Of a stretch of 64,000 bases of DNA, positions 58,452 to 64,000 are shown piece after piece. This stretch comes from Lachnospiraceae bacterium. Lineage in GTDB: Bacteria; Bacillota; Clostridia; Lachnospirales; Lachnospiraceae. A program made the position numbers and the translations under genes. Numbering within the stretch: the stretch's first letter is position 1; the number at the start of each line of letters is the position of its first letter. The DNA lies in the NCBI GenBank assembly GCA_029006155.1, contig JAQXGF010000115.1, positions 3,161 through 67,160 of the forward strand, written 5' to 3'. The notes beneath the pieces were generated by a model that was not told the DNA's origin, ran no database searches, and saw nothing but the letters and a program-made list of their open reading frames with translations.

Positions 58452-59042
58452 TTACGACAGACTCCGCAGGAAAAATGCCATATATTCCTGGATAGCCCCT
58501 GGAAAATCATAGGAAAACGAGCGCCTCGACCAGTCCATTGCATAGCCGCGCAGGGTAGTGACGAGGATCGATGCTGCAGCGTCGGCGCTGATGTCAGAAG
58601 CAAATTCACCGGTCTTTTGACCTTCGCGAATTAACATACGTGGAAGCTCATAGAGCGGACGGGCGTTTTCCTTTTCTATGGCAGTGGGATCGGATGGCAG
58701 CGGAACGGAGGCGGTACTTAATACACTTCCGCCGGCGCCAAGTGCGCTGGCAGTCGTCTCCTGCGCAAATCCAAGTGCAAAGCGGCAGAGATTGTCAGCG
58801 GCGGATTCAGAAGTAAGCTGCGGCTGCACCTCCCGGATCAGGTACTTGTCGATCTCTTCGAGAATTTCGGCCAGCAGATCTTCCTTATTTTTAAAATGAT
58901 GATAAAAGGATCCGATCGAGATCCCGCAGGTGTCACAGATTGCGCGGACAGAGAGATTGCGGTAGTCCATTTCCGGAAGGACATGGCGGACGGCAGCAAT
59001 GATCTCTGCCCGCTTTGTTTCGCTCTTTTTTGTTCGTTCCAT
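58452..59042 (-). CDS. TetR/AcrR family regulator
   Basis: LSVRAICDTCGISIGSFYHHFKNKEDL. Confidence 0.92.
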   Translation of the reverse strand: MERTKKSETKRAEIIAAVRHVLPEMDYRNLSVRAICDTCGISIGSFYHHFKNKEDLLAEILEEIDKYLIREVQPQLTSESAADNLCRFALGFAQETTASALGAGGSVLSTASVPLPSDPTAIEKENARPLYELPRMLIREGQKTGEFASDISADAAASILVTTLRGYAMDWSRRSFSYDFPGAIQEYMAFFLRSLS

Positions 59043-59232
59043 AAGAAAACCTCCATGTGCTTATTCTAACATAGTCAGGAGCGAAAAGCCAGAAGCAGGG
59101 GGAAAAGAAAAATTACAGTTTTTTTGGGAATGTGATATACTAAAAAACAGCACTTAGGATGTTCCCGGGTGTCCGTCGGATCGTTTCTCGAAATCTATTG
59201 AAAATTCAAATAATAAAAGGAGGACTCAGTTC

Positions 59233-60084
59233 ATGAAAAAAGTAATTCAGGTAGCAGTCAGAGAGCCGCAGTACGTCGTCAGCACGGACGTGGCGTTTGC
59301 GCAGGTGGATGCGTGGTTTGGGCATGTGGTGCAGGATCTGAAGCTGGATATCATTTATCCGGAGCACGCCCAAAAGCGTCCGTGTATCGTGTGGATCTGC
59401 GGAGGGGCGTGGCAGCAGATGAGCGTGAGTGCGCATCTGGCATACCTCTGTGATCTGGCGCGTGAAGGCTTTGTCGTGGCGAGTGTGCAGTACCGCACGA
59501 GCAATGAGGCGCTCTTCCCGGCACAGCTTGAGGACGTAAAAGCGGCGATCCGGTATCTGAAGGCGCACAGCGAGCGCTACGGCATCGATCCGGAGCGTTT
59601 TGGCGTAATGGGAGAGTCAGCCGGCGGACATCTGACGGCGATGACGGCTCTGACCGGTGATCACAAGGAGTTTGACAAGGGGGATTATCTGGAGTACAGC
59701 AGCGCGGTGCAGGCGGCCTGCCCGTGGTACCTCCCGGCGGATATCAGCAAAATGCCGCGTCTTTCCAATATGGAGATGATGGCTGCGCCGGAATCTCTGC
59801 TGCTTGGAAAAAACGCGGCATTGCATGAAGAAGAAGCGATGAAGGCATGCCCGGTAAGCTATGTGACAAAAGATGCTCCGCCATTTTTACTGCTGCACGG
59901 CACCAATGATCACACGGTACCGTACAGTCAGGGCGAGGCGATGTATGAGGCGCTGACCAAAGCAGGTGCGGATGCGGATCTTATTGCCATCGAGGGCGCG
60001 GATCACGCGGATCTGCAGTTCTTCCAGAGAGAAGTGTGGAAAATCATCGCGGACTTCTTTAAAGAAAAGCTCAACGTAAAGTAA
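59233..60084 (+). CDS. Alpha/beta hydrolase (HSL-like esterase)
   Basis: CGGAW oxyanion, GESAGG nucleophile, HGTND..VP, GADH. Confidence 0.9.
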   Translation: MKKVIQVAVREPQYVVSTDVAFAQVDAWFGHVVQDLKLDIIYPEHAQKRPCIVWICGGAWQQMSVSAHLAYLCDLAREGFVVASVQYRTSNEALFPAQLEDVKAAIRYLKAHSERYGIDPERFGVMGESAGGHLTAMTALTGDHKEFDKGDYLEYSSAVQAACPWYLPADISKMPRLSNMEMMAAPESLLLGKNAALHEEEAMKACPVSYVTKDAPPFLLLHGTNDHTVPYSQGEAMYEALTKAGADADLIAIEGADHADLQFFQREVWKIIADFFKEKLNVK

Positions 60085-62293
60085 ATCCTGTCCCGTTTTC
60101 CGTGGCGCTGCTGCCACCGATCCATACCCGGAAGGCTCCAGGCTCGGTGCCGTAGCTGCCGTCTGCCCGGTGGAAGGCCAGCTCCGCCTCGGAAATCTGG
60201 AAGGAGACGGTCTGTTCCTCTCCGGGAGCTAAGGTGATACGTGTAAAGCCCTTCAGCTCCCGGACCGGACGAACTGTGCTTGCGGCGACATCCTGAAGAT
60301 AGAGCTGTACGACTTCCGTACCGGTGCATGCACCGGTATTTTTTAATTGAACGGATGCAGTGATCGCTTCGCCGGTCGTAAAAGAATCGGAGGAGAGTGT
60401 CACATCAGAATAAGAGAACGTTGTATAGCTTAATCCGTATCCAAACGGGAAGAGGGGTGTGTTTGGTGCGTCTGTGTATTTGGAGACGAAGCGCTGCGGA
60501 TCGTTTGTCTGAAGCGGGCGTCCGGTCGAAAAATGATTGTAGTAGATCGGGATCTGTCCCATGTTCCGCGGAAACGTCATCGGAAGCTTTCCGGACGGAT
60601 TCTTTGCACCGGTCAGAAGGTCGAGGATCGCATGCCCTCCCTCGGTGCCCGGCATCCATGCTTCGAGAAGCGCGGCGGCATCACGGGAAAGCTCGTCCAG
60701 AAGCAGCGGGCGACCGTTAAAGAGCACGACGGCGACATTTGGATTGACGGCCTTTACCGCGCGGAACAGCTCCATCTGATTTTCCGGAAGAGAGAGCTCG
60801 GTGCGGGAGGTCGCCTCACCGGTCTGGAGGTAATGTTCCCCAAGGCAGAGGATCACGACATCTGCCTCCTTTGCAGCGGTGACGGCATCTGCGAGTGCTT
60901 TTTCCGGATCGACAAATACGTCGGCATAAAATTCCTCCGCGCGGTTTGGCTCTGCAAATCCGGTAAAGACGTAGTCGCGTGGAAGAAGCGACGTGCCATG
61001 GCAGAAGGTGAGCGCAGCATCCGGGAGCAGTTCTTCGGCTGCCTGACGGATCGTGACGGAATCCTCCGGATGTCCGGTGACCGCCCAGCTGCTGCAGATC
61101 TCATAATTATCAATGTACGGTCCGATGAAAGCCACCTTCTGGGAAGGCCGGATCGGCAGCACCCCGTCGTTTTTGAGCAGCACACAGGAGACGGCAGCGG
61201 CCCTGCGGGCGAGTGCACGGTGCTCCGAGCAGAGGATATAGCGGGCTTCTTTTTCCGGGTCGGCATCTTTATACGGATGCTCAAAGAGACCGAGCTGATT
61301 TTTCAGCTGCAGGATGCGCAGCACGCTCTCGTCAATCAATGTCTCCGGGATCGTTCCTTCTTCGACGAGCGTTGCAAGTTCCCCGGCATAACAGCCGGTC
61401 ATCATATCGATGTCGACACCGGCGAGCAGTGCCTTGTGTGCGGCATCTTTTTTATCGGAGGAAGCACCATGCGCGACCGTCTCAAGGATGGCAGCGTAAT
61501 CGGAGATCAGCACGCCGGCAAAGCCCATTTCTTCGCGGAGGATCTGGCGCATGAGCTTCTGGTTGATCGTGGCCGGGATGTCATTGACCGTGTTGAAACT
61601 TGTCATGACCATACCGGCTCCGGCTTTGATTCCGGCTTCATAAGAAGGCAGGTAGTATTCACGAAACGTATGCTCCGACACCTGTACGGTGTTGTATTCC
61701 CTTCCGGCTTCAGCACCGCCATAGCCGGCAAAATGCTTGATGCAGCCGCACACCTTTCCTTCCTCTTTCATATCGTCGCCCTGAAAGCCGTGGATCTGCG
61801 CCGCGGCGAACCGGCTGTTGAGGTAGGGGTCTTCCCCGGTCGATTCCATGACACGCCCCCAGCGCGGGTCGCGGACGAGGTCGACCATCGGAGAGAAGAC
61901 GACGTGGATTCCGGCGGCAGAGGCTTCGCGTGCAGCGACGGCAGCTGCTTTTTTGCTCATTTCCGGGTCAAACGAAGCGCCCTGCGCGATCGGAGCCGGG
62001 AAGATGGTGCGGTAGCCGTGGATGACATCCATCATAAAGAGCAGCGGGATATGATGTGGCTGCTTTTCCATATAGGCATCCTGAATCTGCATCAGTGCCT
62101 TTGCACCGGTGCCGTTTAAGACAGAACCGGCGAGATCGATATCTTCCATAGAAATGCCAAGCTGGGATGCCGGTCCGGTCACGACATCACGGTCGGTCTT
62201 CCCGTAAAAGTCGGCAGTGAGCTGCAGCAGCTGGTCGATCTTCTCCTGCAGGGACATATCTCCTAATAATTGCTGTAATTCCTGATCAGTCAT
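60071..62293 (-). CDS. GH3 beta-glucosidase (BglX-like)
   Basis: DVIHG, RDPRWGR, KHF, ISDY, GEA, PFGYGLSYT, Fn3-like C-terminus. Confidence 0.95.
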   Translation of the reverse strand: MTDQELQQLLGDMSLQEKIDQLLQLTADFYGKTDRDVVTGPASQLGISMEDIDLAGSVLNGTGAKALMQIQDAYMEKQPHHIPLLFMMDVIHGYRTIFPAPIAQGASFDPEMSKKAAAVAAREASAAGIHVVFSPMVDLVRDPRWGRVMESTGEDPYLNSRFAAAQIHGFQGDDMKEEGKVCGCIKHFAGYGGAEAGREYNTVQVSEHTFREYYLPSYEAGIKAGAGMVMTSFNTVNDIPATINQKLMRQILREEMGFAGVLISDYAAILETVAHGASSDKKDAAHKALLAGVDIDMMTGCYAGELATLVEEGTIPETLIDESVLRILQLKNQLGLFEHPYKDADPEKEARYILCSEHRALARRAAAVSCVLLKNDGVLPIRPSQKVAFIGPYIDNYEICSSWAVTGHPEDSVTIRQAAEELLPDAALTFCHGTSLLPRDYVFTGFAEPNRAEEFYADVFVDPEKALADAVTAAKEADVVILCLGEHYLQTGEATSRTELSLPENQMELFRAVKAVNPNVAVVLFNGRPLLLDELSRDAAALLEAWMPGTEGGHAILDLLTGAKNPSGKLPMTFPRNMGQIPIYYNHFSTGRPLQTNDPQRFVSKYTDAPNTPLFPFGYGLSYTTFSYSDVTLSSDSFTTGEAITASVQLKNTGACTGTEVVQLYLQDVAASTVRPVRELKGFTRITLAPGEEQTVSFQISEAELAFHRADGSYGTEPGAFRVWIGGSSATENGTGFTLR

Positions 62294-62655
62294 AGTGGGA
62301 ATCTCCTTTCTTGTTTGGTTTCATCCTATCATTTCCGTTTGCATACTGCAAGTGATGAAATGTGATTTCCAGTGAACCTTTCTGCCGGTTTGTTGCGGGG
62401 ACATTCACGTATCCATGCCGACAGTAGAAAAATGAATCTTCTGTCTGTTCAATTCATAAAATTCAAAAAATGAATATTCATAATGAAAAATGAAAAAACA
62501 AAAATGAACGTTCAAAATCGGAATACGAAACAGAAAACGAAAACAGGTTAAAAGTGCACAAAAACAGGAGGCGATATTGTACATATATGTGCATTGAAAT
62601 CAGGAAAAGACTGTGCTATTCTGTAGTCACAATAAATGTTGCAAAAAACAAGAAA

Positions 62656-62667
62656 TGAAACGATTCA
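62656..62667 (+). promoter_or_regulatory. LacI-family-type operator upstream of the sugar-binding protein
   Basis: TGAAACGATTCA; related TGAACGTTCA at 62505-62514. Confidence 0.55.
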
Positions 62668-62731
62668 AAAGAACGGCACAAAATAACTCATTTCAACAAA
62701 ACAAGCGACAGAGAAAAACAGGAGGATGAAC

Positions 62732-64000
62732 ATGAAAAAAGCAGTTTCAACAGCAATGGCACTGAGCATGATGGTTGGCCTTATGGGCGTGAACGCTTCT
62801 GCATACGAGGCAGGAAGCTACGATGGGGTTTCTATCACAATGCTGAACACAAAGAGTGAGATCCAGGATTACTTGGTAGATGCAGCAGCTACGTGGGGTG
62901 AGCTGACCGGAGCGTCACTGGATGTTTACACAATCAGCGACAGCGGATCGCCGTCTCAGGAGATCGCAGCCAGATATGCAGCGAACAATGCACCGACCCT
63001 GATCATGGGCGATGTACAGGACGTAGCTGATATCTGCGAGGAGTATGGTGCAGACTTAAGCAATGAGTCCTGGGCAGCAAACGGTGGTGAGACCTACGGC
63101 GTATCTGTAGATGGCAAGCTTTACAGCTTCCCGTTCTGCATCGAGGGCCGTGGCCTGATTTACAATAAGACCGCGATCGAAGAGACCCTCGGCGAAGAGT
63201 GGGATCCGTCTTCTGTAACGAACATGGATGATCTGGCAGCTCTGCTGGAGAAGCTCGTTGAGAACGGCATGGAGTATCCGGCAGCACTGAACATGGAGGA
63301 CTGGGCTCTTGCAGGACATTACCTCACACAGGTATATGAGGAGCAGGACGGCACGATGGAGACGACTTCCAAGTTCATCGATGACCTGAAGGCTGGCAAC
63401 GTAGATTTGATGTCCAACCAGAGATTCACAGCTCTGATGGATACCTTCGATCTTCTGGCTCAGTACAATATCAATAAGGATGACCCGCTCGCAGCGGACT
63501 ACGCTACGAACTGCGCAGACCTGGCAGAAGGCGAAGTAGCTATTTATTTCAATGGTAACTGGGCATGGGCAGAGATTTCTTCCTATATTGAAGACGGCAC
63601 AGAGATCGGTATCATGCCGGTAATGCAGAATGAGACCTCTGAGAACGAAGCAGTAAACAGCTCCATCTGCGGCAGCGCAACGAAGCAGGTCATGATCGAC
63701 AAGGAGTGCACTGATGAGCAGCAGCAGGCAGCAGCAAAGGATTTCCTGAACTGGCTTGTTGAGTCTGAGGAAGGTCAGAGCGTTCTGATCGAGCAGTGCT
63801 CCCTGATCCCAGCATTCACGAATATCGACAAGGATGTTACCAACATGCTGGCACAGAGCGTTCAGAACTACGTGAAGGAAGGCAAAGTCATCAACGTACC
63901 GTACTCCTACCCGGGAGATCACTGGCAGACCGTTGGTGCTTACATGCAGAAGTACTTCGCAGGTGAGACCGACCGCGCTACCTTCGCAACGGAGATTCAG
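62732..64000 (+). CDS. Carbohydrate ABC transporter substrate-binding protein (runs off the window)
   Basis: Manual translation MKKAVSTAMALSMMVGLMGVNASAYE...LNTKSEIQ...DGKLYSFPFCIEGRGLIYNK...FNGNWAW; RBS GGAGG. Confidence 0.9.
   Translation, partial: MKKAVSTAMALSMMVGLMGVNASAYEAGSYDGVSITMLNTKSEIQDYLVDAAATWGELTGASLDVYTISDSGSPSQEIAARYAANNAPTLIMGDVQDVADICEEYGADLSNESWAANGGETYGVSVDGKLYSFPFCIEGRGLIYNKTAIEETLGEEWDPSSVTNMDDLAALLEKLVENGMEYPAALNMEDWALAGHYLTQVYEEQDGTMETTSKFIDDLKAGNVDLMSNQRFTALMDTFDLLAQYNINKDDPLAADYATNCADLAEGEVAIYFNGNWAWAEISSYIEDGTEIGIMPVMQNETSENEAVNSSICGSATKQVMIDKECTDEQQQAAAKDFLNWLVESEEGQSVLIEQCSLIPAFTNIDKDVTNMLAQSVQNYVKEGKVINVPYSYPGDHWQTVGAYMQKYFAGETDRATFATEIQ

Noticed and set aside
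60533-63922. ORFs 60533-62119 (+) and 63056-63922 (-)
   Set aside because: Antisense shadows of the GH3 gene and the sugar SBP

Overview
A 64 kb chromosomal window, most likely from a Lachnospiraceae-like Clostridia member (inferred from gene content and a SASP gene). Housekeeping genes include pyrF-pyrK-pyrD-tcdA-pyrE, purE-M-N-D, clpC, radA, cobT and dapL. Accessory modules include: a CsoR-controlled atypical P1B ATPase; an ARG-box-preceded amino-acid ABC transporter with dimethylargininase; an IS1634-family element with a 75-bp target duplication; a two-component system next to a VanY-type DD-carboxypeptidase and a non-canonical (DDPG-motif) MurE; an oleate hydratase; a P-II-led peptide-type ABC operon with a D-cysteine desulfhydrase-like enzyme, a D-2-hydroxyacid dehydrogenase and an N-acyl-D-amino-acid deacylase; an Rpn (PD-(D/E)XK) gene with a likely internal start; and an esterase/GH3/sugar-binding-protein locus. 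The best candidates for undescribed biology are (1) the putative nitrogen-controlled D-amino-acid scavenging operon, (2) a putative inducible peptidoglycan stem-peptide remodelling module, and (3) a dispersed GNRA-hairpin repeat family and a ~220-nt nested structured element. I found no rRNA, tRNA or CRISPR array. All family calls come from motif recognition by eye, not from database searches.
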